From positions 90,001 to 122,000 of the forward strand of contig NZ_FNLK01000008.1 of assembly GCF_900105015.1 (NCBI RefSeq): a stretch of DNA of 32,000 nt, written 5' to 3'. The notes below the pieces were generated by a model, which was not told the DNA's origin, did no database searches, and saw only the letters and a list, made by a program, of their open reading frames with translations. The position numbers and the translations under genes are program-made. This document shows, piece by piece, positions 7,468 through 15,837 of the stretch. The DNA comes from Schaalia meyeri. Its GTDB lineage: Bacteria > Actinomycetota > Actinomycetes > Actinomycetales > Actinomycetaceae. Numbering within the stretch: position 1 is the stretch's first letter; every line of letters starts with the position of its first letter.

Positions 7468-8673
7468 ATGCTGATTCTGCACACCTCCGACTGGCACCTG
7501 GGGCGCACGCTGCACGGCGCTGACCTGGGGGACAGCGCTGACGCCTTCATCGACTGGCTGATCGCGCTGGTGCGCCGACGCGGCGTGGATGCCGTGCTGA
7601 TCTCCGGCGACGTCTTCGACCGTGCGGTGCCGCCCGTTGACGCGCTGGCCAGGATGCGCCGCGCCCTGCGCTCTCTGACCGCGATCACGACGGTGATCCT
7701 GACCTCCGGAAACCACGACGGGGCCGCGCGCCTGGGCCTGTTCGCAGACATGCTCACCCCGTCGCTGCACGTGGTCACCGATCCTGAGGCCATCGGGTCG
7801 GCCATTGCGGCCGGGGGCGCCCTGGTGTACCCGATTCCCTACCTGGAACCTGACCTGGTGCGCCAGTCGCTCTCCGACTTAGAACCCACCGGGGAGTCGG
7901 GGCTGCCGCGCCCCCTGCCCCGCTCACACCAGGCCGTCCTGGGGGCGGCTCTGCGCCGCCTCCACGCAGACTTGTCGGCGCGCCGCCAAGCTGGCGATCA
8001 ACGCCCAGCGATTGCGATGCCGCACGCGTTCATCACAGGGGCACGCTCCTCGGATTCGGAGCGCGACATCCAGGTCGGGGGCGTGCCCTCCATCTCGGCC
8101 GACCTCTTTGACACGCTGGGCGGGGAGACTCCCCTGGGCCACGGCCTGGACTACGTGGCCGCCGGGCACCTGCACCGCCCGCAAAGTGTCTCGGGGGCCA
8201 CCGTGCCCATCCGCTACTCGGGCTCCCCCATCGCCTACTCCTTCTCAGAGGCCGGGGCCACGAAATCCGTCACCCTCCTGACCACGGACGCCACCTCCAT
8301 CACCGACATCGAGGCCGTCCCAATCCCCACGCTGCGGGCCATCGCCGTCCTGGAGGGGACCATGGAGGAGCTGCTGAAGGAGCCGGACGAGGCGACCACG
8401 GCCTCGTACGTGTCGGTGACGGTGACGGATGCGGCGCGCCCCGAACGCATGGTGCCGCGCATCCGGGAGGTCTATCCCTTCGCCCTGGTCGTCACGCACC
8501 GACCCTCCCGGGCGCCCGCCCTGGCCCCGGCGCTGTCTGCGGCCGCCTCACGCGACCCGCGCGAGGTCACGGCGGAGTTTTACAAGGCCGTGGGGGGCAG
8601 GCCCCTGGACCCCACGGAGCGCGCGCTGGCCCAGGACGTGTGGGCTGGCCTGCGCGGAAAGGACATGCAGTGA
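7468..8673 (+). CDS. sbcD: Exonuclease SbcCD, nuclease subunit D (Mre11-like)
   Basis: Internal ATG 7468 of track ORF 7249..8673. It carries the Mre11-family phosphoesterase motifs LHTSDWHLG, SGDVFD, SGNHD and GHLH. Confidence 0.9.
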   Translation: MLILHTSDWHLGRTLHGADLGDSADAFIDWLIALVRRRGVDAVLISGDVFDRAVPPVDALARMRRALRSLTAITTVILTSGNHDGAARLGLFADMLTPSLHVVTDPEAIGSAIAAGGALVYPIPYLEPDLVRQSLSDLEPTGESGLPRPLPRSHQAVLGAALRRLHADLSARRQAGDQRPAIAMPHAFITGARSSDSERDIQVGGVPSISADLFDTLGGETPLGHGLDYVAAGHLHRPQSVSGATVPIRYSGSPIAYSFSEAGATKSVTLLTTDATSITDIEAVPIPTLRAIAVLEGTMEELLKEPDEATTASYVSVTVTDAARPERMVPRIREVYPFALVVTHRPSRAPALAPALSAAASRDPREVTAEFYKAVGGRPLDPTERALAQDVWAGLRGKDMQ

Positions 8674-11600
8674 AGATCCGTTGGCTGCGCATCACGGGGA
8701 TCGGCCCCTTCGCAGGCGTTCACACGCTTGACTTTTCGGCGTTCGATGACTCCGGGCTGTTCCTGCTGGAGGGGCCCACGGGGTCCGGCAAATCCACGCT
8801 GATCGACGCGATCACGTTCGCGCTCTACGGGGACGTGGCCCGTACGAAGGACGCATCAAAGGACAGGCTGCGCTCGAACCACATCGGGGACTCCGACCCG
8901 TCGGAGGCCGACCTGGTTTTCGAGGTTGCCTCCGGCATCTACCGAGTAACCCGCACCCCCGCCTACACTCCCGTCGGCAAGAAATCCCAGCGCAACTCCC
9001 GCTCAACCCTCACGCGCGTCGTCGAGGACCCCGACGCACCCGACGGGTGGCGGACCGTCGACGCGATCGCCTCCGGGCCGCGCGACGTGGGCCTGGAGAT
9101 CCCCCGGATCGTCGGGCTGGATAAGGACCAGTTTCTGCAGACCATCGTGCTGCCGCAGGGCAAGTTCTCGCAGTTCCTCACCGCCACGTCGGACTCGCGC
9201 GAACACATTCTGCGCGACATCTTTGACACGCAGATTTACACGGACTTCACGCGCGCCCTGGCCGATGCCGCGGCGGCGTCGCGGCGCAACATTGACCGGC
9301 TGCGCGCCGAGGCCGTCGCGGCCCTGGACCACATGCGCTCCCTGGACGCCGCGCTCGGCGAGGAGGAAGAACCGGAGGGAGGCGTAAAGGTTCAGGCATC
9401 GGCGATCCTGGCGGATCAGCTCGACGCGGGTGCCGAGGACGCATGCGACGTGGCCCGGTGGGCGCGCGCCGCCTGCGATCGGGGGCGGGCCCTGCACGAG
9501 CGGGCTCAGGCGCGCGCGCGACGCGCCTTTAAGGCCGCGCGGGAGGCGTCCCAGGCCCTGACCGAGGCGCGGGCGCTGGCCGACGATCAGGCCGAGTACG
9601 CGCGCACAAATAGGCGGCTGGAGGAGCTGGCGCAGGCGCGAGCGGACATCGACGCGGCCCGCACGCGCGCAGGCGAGGCGCGAAGGGCGCTGGCTATCGC
9701 CCCGCACGCGACCGCCGACGAGGCCGCTCGCGAGCGCCTGGAGGCGGTCGGCGACCAGGTTGTGGCGCTGGCCCCGGCGGTGGCGGCCGGGGGCGCGGAT
9801 CCGCTTGATCCCCGCACCCTCACGCCCGAAGCGGTCGCCGACCTGTGCGAGGAAGCGCAACGCGTTCGGGACCAGGCGACGCGAAGGCGCGGGGCCCTTG
9901 AAGCCTCCCTCAACCTGGAGCGTTCGCTGCCCGGATTACGGGAGGAGATCCGTTCCCTCACCGAGCGACGCGACGCGGCCAGCGAGCGGATCGCCACGCT
10001 TGAGGACGCGCGCGAGGCGCTGCCCCAGGCGATTCAGCGAGCGAGTGACGCACTGGCGCTCATGCGCGCCGACGCGGGCTGCCTGCCCGAGCAGAGCGCG
10101 GCCCTGCGCGCCTTGGACCAGCGCCTGGAGGCGTCGCAGCAGGCCGACCTGCTGCGCTCGGCGCTGCTTGGCGCCTCCGACGCGCTGCGCGAGGCCACGG
10201 TGCGCGCGAAGCTCGCGAACGCGGCGGCTGCGGACGGGCACGACCTGTGGATCGCGCAGAGCGCGTCGGCTCTCGCGCAGCAGCTGGAGCAGGAATCTCC
10301 CTGTCCCGTGTGCGGCTCCCCCACCCACCCGGCCCCCGCTCCCCCCAGCCAGGGGGACATTACGCGCGAACAGGTTGCCCAGCTGGACCGCGCGCGCGAC
10401 CAGGCCGTGGCCGCGCTGGGCGACGCCCAGGCGGCGCATCAGGACCTGGTTCGCCGCATCGCCCAGCTCAACGCGGCCGCGGGCGCACCCACGGCCACGC
10501 TCGAATCGCAGCGCGACGAGGCCGCCGCGCGCCTGGCCGAACTGGAAGCCCTGAAGCCGCGAATCGCCGACCTCGAAGGCGACATTGCGCAGGTGCGCGC
10601 CCAGCTCGACGGGATCACGGGAGAGCTGACGCAGGCGCGCGAAAACGCCGCCTCGCTGACTCAATCGCTGCGGGAACGACGGGCGTCCCTGGAACAGGCG
10701 ACCGCGCGCGTGGAGAGCGAACGCGCGGGGGCCGAGTCCCTGGACGCCAGGGCCGCTCAACTCGACGAGAGCGCCCAGCGGGCGGCTCACCTCGTGCGCG
10801 CGTGCTCAGACTTCGATAGCGCCCACCGCGCCCACGACGACGCACACCGGGCGCTGGCGCGGGCGCTGTCGGCCCAGGGGCTGGACGCGGACTCGTGGCG
10901 CGGCCTGCTCCTGCCCGAGGACCAGGTAGATGCGGCGGAGGCGCGCGTCGCCGCGCATGAGAAAGAGACCTTCGCGGTCACAGAGGCACTCGCCTCCCCC
11001 CGGCTCGTCCGCGCCGCCACCGCCGCGGCACCCGACGTCGCCGCCCTGACGGAGGCGTCCCAGGGGGCCAGCCGCATCAGCGCGGAGGCGGCCAAGGCCT
11101 CGGGTAAACTTGAGCAACACTGCACCCAGCTCGACGCCGCCCACGATGCCCTATCGAACGCGCTGTCGCACCTGGCACGCGCGCGAGCACAGGCGGGCCC
11201 CATCCGCCGCCTCGCGGACATCGCATCGGCGTCGGGACCGGAAAACCTGACGGCCACGCCGCTGTCGGCGTGGGTGCTCATCTCACGCCTGGAGGAGGTG
11301 CTGGCCGCCGCGAATCCTCGCCTGACGGCCATCTCGTCGGGCCGCTACGAACTGGTGGCCGTTCTGGACGACGGCACCGCCTCGCGCAAGTCCGGGCTGG
11401 GCCTGGCGGTCATCGACCACGACACGGACGCCGTTCGCAGCCCCCGAACGCTGTCGGGCGGGGAAACCTTCTACACCTCCCTCGCCCTGGCGCTCGGCCT
11501 CGCGGATGTCGTGTCCGCCGAGGCCGGAGGGGTGGAGCTGCGCACGATGTTCATTGACGAGGGCTTCGGCTCGCTCGACTCGCACACGCTCTCTCTGGTC

Positions 11601-11744
11601 ATGAACCAGCTGCAGGCGCTGCGCAGCGCGGGCCGCACGGTCGGCGTGATCTCCCACGTGGAGGAGATGGCCACGCAGATCACCGACCAGATCCAGGTGC
11701 GCCCACTCGCCGAGTCAGGATCGACGCTGCGGGTACGCGCCTAG
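8670..11744 (+). CDS. sbcC: Exonuclease SbcCD, ATPase subunit C (Rad50-like)
   Basis: GTG 8670 overlaps the sbcD stop (GTGA), with aaagga 8 nt upstream. Motifs are Walker A GPTGSGKST, a long Ala/Arg/Glu-rich coiled coil, zinc hook CPVC (10302-10313), signature LSGGE and Walker B MFIDEGFGSLD. Confidence 0.9.
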   Translation: MKIRWLRITGIGPFAGVHTLDFSAFDDSGLFLLEGPTGSGKSTLIDAITFALYGDVARTKDASKDRLRSNHIGDSDPSEADLVFEVASGIYRVTRTPAYTPVGKKSQRNSRSTLTRVVEDPDAPDGWRTVDAIASGPRDVGLEIPRIVGLDKDQFLQTIVLPQGKFSQFLTATSDSREHILRDIFDTQIYTDFTRALADAAAASRRNIDRLRAEAVAALDHMRSLDAALGEEEEPEGGVKVQASAILADQLDAGAEDACDVARWARAACDRGRALHERAQARARRAFKAAREASQALTEARALADDQAEYARTNRRLEELAQARADIDAARTRAGEARRALAIAPHATADEAARERLEAVGDQVVALAPAVAAGGADPLDPRTLTPEAVADLCEEAQRVRDQATRRRGALEASLNLERSLPGLREEIRSLTERRDAASERIATLEDAREALPQAIQRASDALALMRADAGCLPEQSAALRALDQRLEASQQADLLRSALLGASDALREATVRAKLANAAAADGHDLWIAQSASALAQQLEQESPCPVCGSPTHPAPAPPSQGDITREQVAQLDRARDQAVAALGDAQAAHQDLVRRIAQLNAAAGAPTATLESQRDEAAARLAELEALKPRIADLEGDIAQVRAQLDGITGELTQARENAASLTQSLRERRASLEQATARVESERAGAESLDARAAQLDESAQRAAHLVRACSDFDSAHRAHDDAHRALARALSAQGLDADSWRGLLLPEDQVDAAEARVAAHEKETFAVTEALASPRLVRAATAAAPDVAALTEASQGASRISAEAAKASGKLEQHCTQLDAAHDALSNALSHLARARAQAGPIRRLADIASASGPENLTATPLSAWVLISRLEEVLAAANPRLTAISSGRYELVAVLDDGTASRKSGLGLAVIDHDTDAVRSPRTLSGGETFYTSLALALGLADVVSAEAGGVELRTMFIDEGFGSLDSHTLSLVMNQLQALRSAGRTVGVISHVEEMATQITDQIQVRPLAESGSTLRVRA

Positions 11745-12211
11745 GAGCGGTGCAGCTGCAGCAGCGCGGGCCGCTCGGAGGTATCGAACCACGCCAGGGA
11801 GGACTCCCACAGATCGGCGACGGCCCGGTCGGCCGCCTCCTGTGTCTGCGCCGCCAGGACGACTGCGACCGCTTCGGCGGCGTCGGGCAGATCCGCGAGG
11901 ATCGCGGCCACGTCAGACCACGTGTATTCAAAGGCTGGGGATTTAAAGATGCGGGGAGCGATCTGTTCCCCCGGATTCGGCGTCGTTGCCTCGGACGTGT
12001 CCACGGCCAGCACGACGCGCGCGGCGGCCACCCCCTCCGTTTCGCGGGCCATCTCCAGGGAAGCCAGGGCGGCCTCGGTAATGGCGTCGTCCTCCAGAAC
12101 CTCGACGTCCTCCGCACTCATGGCCGCGTCGGGCACGCACACCACGCCACCTCGCACGGGCGGCAGCGGGACGGACAGGTCGGACAGGATGGCAGGAACG
12201 TAGACGCGCAT
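11741..12211 (-). CDS. Conserved acidic hypothetical protein (MRVYVPA... N-terminus)
   Basis: Internal ATG (12209-12211) of track ORF 11741..12271, only 2 nt after the stop of the upstream TadZ/Ssd-like gene. It is 156 aa and Asp/Glu/Ala-rich. I recall a DUF-type actinobacterial family beginning MRVY(V/L)P, but this is unverified. Confidence 0.65.
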   Translation of the reverse strand: MRVYVPAILSDLSVPLPPVRGGVVCVPDAAMSAEDVEVLEDDAITEAALASLEMARETEGVAAARVVLAVDTSEATTPNPGEQIAPRIFKSPAFEYTWSDVAAILADLPDAAEAVAVVLAAQTQEAADRAVADLWESSLAWFDTSERPALLQLHRS

Positions 12212-12213
12212 GG

Positions 12214-13401
12214 TCACAGTGTAGGCATCCACTGCTGCACAATCGCTTCCAACGCATCGGTAGCGGCGCATTGGGTCCCGCTCTCCCCCAGCGCCTTCGC
12301 GCGCAGGGCCGCCCGCGCGACGCCAAGGTCATCCGGGACGGCATGGAAGATGCGCCGGGGCATGAAGGCCCCGATGGCGGCTTGCAGGGAGGCCAACGGG
12401 TGAGGCCCGATTGCGTCCGAGCTGACCCGATTGACGACGACATCGACGGGGACGTCGCGGCCGTGCTCGTCCCACCAGCGCGCCAGGAGGGACAGCCGGT
12501 TGATACCGACGATGTCCCCGCGCGCCACGATAATGAGCCGGTCGGTCCTCTCCAGGACGCCGATGGCCGCGTCATCCCGGCTGGCCCCGCGCGTCGTCTT
12601 CTCTAGGGATGAGTCGGCGAGGTCGATGACCGAAAAACGCGCGCTCAGGCGCGCCGCCCCGACTATCGATTCGATACCGGGACGGCTCACCTCGCGCCAC
12701 CGGTGCGGGGTGACGAGCCCGGTCACGATCCCGAGGGTATCGGATCGGCGCACACTTGCCCCGAGCGTGTCCTCGGGTGTCAGGGGGCCGCGAGAGGCGG
12801 TGCGGGCCAGGACGGACAGGCCGGAGGCGTGCACGGGGATCCCCAGCAGGTGCGCGATGGTCGGGTTGCGTGTGTCCGCGTCAATGAGCAGGGTGGATGC
12901 CGTCTTTGCGAGCATCGTCGCTATTCCGGCTGCCAGCGTCGTGCGCCCGGGCGCCCCCGACGTTCCCCAGACGGCGAGGACAGTGCCGGGGGTCGCGGGA
13001 GGCGGCGGGGGCGGCGGCTTCGACGAGGCCGTGGCCGCGGGAATTCGCCGAGTTCTCGTCGCCGCGATCAGCGAGTTGATGACCTGGTCGGGGCTGCCGG
13101 GCGCCGCGACCGAGGCGACGCCGAGAGCGCGCAGCCTCGCGCGATCCGCGTGCGGGGCGAGGGCGATCACCGACATGCCGCATGCGCGCAGGGAATCCAC
13201 TGCCTCGGCGGTCAGGTCCGGGTCGGAGCCCTCGACGACCGCGAGGTCGGCGATGCCGGCGCGCGCAGCGGCGATTACCTCGGCGAGATCCGCGCAGCGC
13301 CGGACGATGGCCAGCGTATCGGCGCGGTCGTGAATCGCCTGGATGAGGGGCGCCTCGTATCGCTGGTCCGCGAGGATGACGACCCCGTGGACGGCGCTCA
13401 C
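12214..13401 (-). CDS. TadZ/CpaE/Ssd-like protein: atypical receiver-like N-domain plus degenerate ParA/MinD-type P-loop domain
   Basis: GTG at 13401-13399 overlaps the upstream gene stop (GTGA). The N-terminal ~110 aa look like a pseudo-receiver domain. A poly-Pro linker (PPPPPPP) is at 12997-13017. The P-loop GTSGAPGRTT (12937-12966) has Arg in place of the Walker A Lys. Later segments are MinD/ParA-like (LLIDADTRNPT, VIDLA, IIVARGD). Confidence 0.75.
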   Translation of the reverse strand: MSAVHGVVILADQRYEAPLIQAIHDRADTLAIVRRCADLAEVIAAARAGIADLAVVEGSDPDLTAEAVDSLRACGMSVIALAPHADRARLRALGVASVAAPGSPDQVINSLIAATRTRRIPAATASSKPPPPPPPATPGTVLAVWGTSGAPGRTTLAAGIATMLAKTASTLLIDADTRNPTIAHLLGIPVHASGLSVLARTASRGPLTPEDTLGASVRRSDTLGIVTGLVTPHRWREVSRPGIESIVGAARLSARFSVIDLADSSLEKTTRGASRDDAAIGVLERTDRLIIVARGDIVGINRLSLLARWWDEHGRDVPVDVVVNRVSSDAIGPHPLASLQAAIGAFMPRRIFHAVPDDLGVARAALRAKALGESGTQCAATDALEAIVQQWMPTL

Positions 13402-13991
13402 GGCGCGCCTACGGGTACAGCGGCGAGCCCGTCGGTCGAGGATTGTGCGGCGAGGAGTGTGGGCAACGACTGGGCGTTGGCCAGTATTTCGATGCGTTGC
13501 CCCCGCCGCGTCTGGGCAGACGGGGAATCGATCGTGCGCACGAAGGTGAAGCTTCCCTCGATTTCGCGCGCCTGATTGCCCGACTGGGACTGGGAGCGCG
13601 CAGGAACCGACCACAGCCGGATACGGGTCCCGTCCGCTACCCCGTCCGGCAGTCCGACGCTCACGGTGACGGCGACCCGGAGCATGTCACCCGGGTCGGT
13701 GGATGGCCCCTGCTCGTCGGTGGCCAGATCGGCGCGCATGATCAGCTGCCCGGGAGTCAGCAGGCGCGTTGTGCGGGTTCCCATGGGAAAGTCGGAGGTC
13801 GGGGCGTAGACGGAGGTATCGACGCGCACGACGACCTCTTTGACGTTGTCAGCGGTGATCGCATCGCCGGGTGCGATGGTGGTCGTCACCGCGTAGACAT
13901 GGTTTCCTCCCCGCAGGAGACCGCTGAGGGCACTGAAAGCGATGACGGACGCGACGACCAGGGACACTCCGATGATGAATCGGCGGTCCAT
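13398..13991 (-). CDS. SAF-domain / CpaB-like membrane-anchored protein
   Basis: Internal ATG (13989-13991) of track ORF 13398..14288. It has an N-terminal TM (FIIGVSLVVASVIAFSALSGLL) and then a SAF-like segment (VYAVTTTIAPGDAITADNVKEVVV). Position directly upstream of a TadZ-like gene is typical of CpaB. Confidence 0.7.
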   Translation of the reverse strand: MDRRFIIGVSLVVASVIAFSALSGLLRGGNHVYAVTTTIAPGDAITADNVKEVVVRVDTSVYAPTSDFPMGTRTTRLLTPGQLIMRADLATDEQGPSTDPGDMLRVAVTVSVGLPDGVADGTRIRLWSVPARSQSQSGNQAREIEGSFTFVRTIDSPSAQTRRGQRIEILANAQSLPTLLAAQSSTDGLAAVPVGAP

Positions 13992-14187
13992 CCTGCCGGG
14001 CGCGCGCGTCGGAATCGACACTGAAGCTGAGGCGCGTTTCACTCTTCTATGATGCACGCTTGAACAAAAAAGCGGTAGGTTGTCGAACATCCATTGCAAC
14101 CAACCGATCCAACCGGTCGAATGACATGCGAAAAATTGTCGACTCAAACCAATCAAACGAATCAACGCCAACTGATACCATGCTGCC

Positions 14188-14400
14188 ATGGCAACACGAT
14201 TCCTCACTCTCGCTGACGTCGCCGAGACCCTGAACCTCACCATGTCAGCCACCCGCGCCCTCGTTTCCTCCGGAGAGTTACCCGCCATTCAGGTGGGCGG
14301 AAAGCACGTCTGGCGGATCGAAGAGTCCGTCCTGGAACAGTTCATCCAGGACCAGTACGCCGCGACGCGCGAGCGCCAAAAGGCGGGGCACGCTCAGTAG
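14188..14400 (+). CDS. Small helix-turn-helix DNA-binding protein (excisionase/MerR-like HTH_17 type)
   Basis: 70 aa. LTLADVAETLNLTMSATRALVSSGELPAIQVGGKHVWRIEESVLEQFI matches the excisionase-family HTH pattern. It is divergent from the SAF/TadZ operon. Confidence 0.8.
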   Translation: MATRFLTLADVAETLNLTMSATRALVSSGELPAIQVGGKHVWRIEESVLEQFIQDQYAATRERQKAGHAQ

Positions 14401-14960
14401 TCGGGCGACCATCGCTGACCGAGCACGCGGAGTCGACGAAGCCCCGCAAACGCCAGCGATACGCTCACCCCGCGCTGTTCATCCCGGCCGTCGTAGCTGA
14501 GGGCCTGTCCACTGAGGGCGACGTCGACGTGGTCCGAAAACACCGCATCGATGATCCCCCTGTGATCGCCAGCGTCGGATTCGATGACGACACCGACGCC
14601 GCGGGCACTCAGCTCGCGAAGCACATGCCCGACGCCGACACCCCCGCGAACGAACGCTTCGCGGGCGACGCTGCGCCCCAGGGGCCACGCCCCGACAACG
14701 GCCGAGAGCATGATCAGGCTGTCATCGCGACCACCTCGCACCAGCACCCACGTCCGCGTCGAATCGAGGATGACTCCCGTGACGACACGCCCCCCGCGCA
14801 ACGCAAGGTTGACGACGCCCTCGGCTCCGGCGAGTCGGGCAGAGAGGGTGACGGAGGCGCGTTCCGCATCGGTGAGCTCATTGGCGAGCTCCTCTAGGTC
14901 ACGGCTACGAGCCTCGTCGAAGCGCGCTTCCAGCTCGGCAATGAATGCTGACATGTCCAT
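14394..14960 (-). CDS. Conserved hypothetical protein
   Basis: Start taken at MDMSAF (14960); the ATG at 14954 is equally possible. Codon usage is GC3-rich and no motifs were recognised. Its 3' end overlaps the convergent HTH gene by 7 nt. Confidence 0.6.
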   Translation of the reverse strand: MDMSAFIAELEARFDEARSRDLEELANELTDAERASVTLSARLAGAEGVVNLALRGGRVVTGVILDSTRTWVLVRGGRDDSLIMLSAVVGAWPLGRSVAREAFVRGGVGVGHVLRELSARGVGVVIESDAGDHRGIIDAVFSDHVDVALSGQALSYDGRDEQRGVSVSLAFAGLRRLRVLGQRWSPDY

Positions 14961-15030
14961 GTCCCTACGATGCCACATCCCCTCTAGCAAGCGCCGCACA
15001 TCACATCAAGAGATAATAAACCAAAATGAA

Positions 15031-15059
15031 TTGACATAAACAAAAATTAAGTGGATAAT
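15031..15059 (+). promoter_or_regulatory. Strong sigma-70-type promoter TTGACA-N17-GATAAT upstream of the LysM gene
   Basis: TTGACA is at 15031-15036 and GATAAT at 15054-15059, in a markedly AT-rich intergenic region. It lies about 40 nt upstream of ATG 15100. Confidence 0.5.
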
Positions 15060-15099
15060 TATCCGTACCGAATCCGTCCCACTCAATGAAGAGTTTCCC

Positions 15100-15837
15100 A
15101 TGACACACGATTCACCCCCACGAAGCGGCCAGGCATACCTGACCGACGCCTTCCTGTGGCTGGTCGGCGCGCCGCTGGCCCTCCTCGACCTGCTCTACCT
15201 GATCCACCTCGCTCCTCCCCTCTCTCACACGGCCCCGGAAACGCTGGTCGTGTGGATCCTCGGGATCGTCGCGCTGGTGCTCCTGTCGTGGAGTCTCCTG
15301 TGCTCCGCGTGCGCACACCTGGCGCTCCTGCGCTTCGCACCTCCCCTCCTGCGCCGCACAGCACGCGCACTCGTGCACCGCTGCGGCACGCGACTGTCGA
15401 GGTCGCTGCTGGCCAAGGCGGGAGCCAGCGCGCTCATCGGATCCGCACTCATGACTGCACCGATCGCCCCGTCCGTGGCCGCGCCTTCGGAGGGAAACAC
15501 CGCTGGTATCTCACTGACCTGGGCGGATGAACCCGGGGGCTCCCCGTCGGGCAATCAGCAGGAACAGCCCGCCCCAACCCTTCACCCGGAATTGGGCGCC
15601 CCCTCCGAGGATTCGACCGGCCCCACACCCCCGGGTGATCCCGCGCTCCCCAGCCAGGTCACGGTCGCTCCGGGCGACTCGCTCTGGTCGATCGCTGCCG
15701 CGCTCAGGACGGGCGCCGACGACGCTCAGATCACCAAAACGTGGCGCGCCATCTACGCCGCCAACGCAGACACCATCGCGGATCCCTCACTCATCCATCC
15801 CGGACAACGACTCACCATTCCCCAGGACCTGCCATGA
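15100..15837 (+). CDS. LysM domain-containing membrane protein
   Basis: It has N-terminal hydrophobic segments and a Pro-rich linker. The C-terminal LysM reads VTVAPGDSLWSIAAALRTGADDAQITKTWRAIYAANADTIADPSLIHPGQRLTIP. Confidence 0.8.
   Translation: MTHDSPPRSGQAYLTDAFLWLVGAPLALLDLLYLIHLAPPLSHTAPETLVVWILGIVALVLLSWSLLCSACAHLALLRFAPPLLRRTARALVHRCGTRLSRSLLAKAGASALIGSALMTAPIAPSVAAPSEGNTAGISLTWADEPGGSPSGNQQEQPAPTLHPELGAPSEDSTGPTPPGDPALPSQVTVAPGDSLWSIAAALRTGADDAQITKTWRAIYAANADTIADPSLIHPGQRLTIPQDLP

Noticed and set aside
13992-14187. Flp-type pilin gene or Tad promoter elements in the SAF/HTH intergenic region; repeated TGTCGA motifs at 14082, 14116 and 14138
   Set aside because: No ORF of pilin size with a hydrophobic Flp motif exists on either strand. 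The short repeats are irregularly spaced (34 and 22 nt) and are too short to distinguish from chance.
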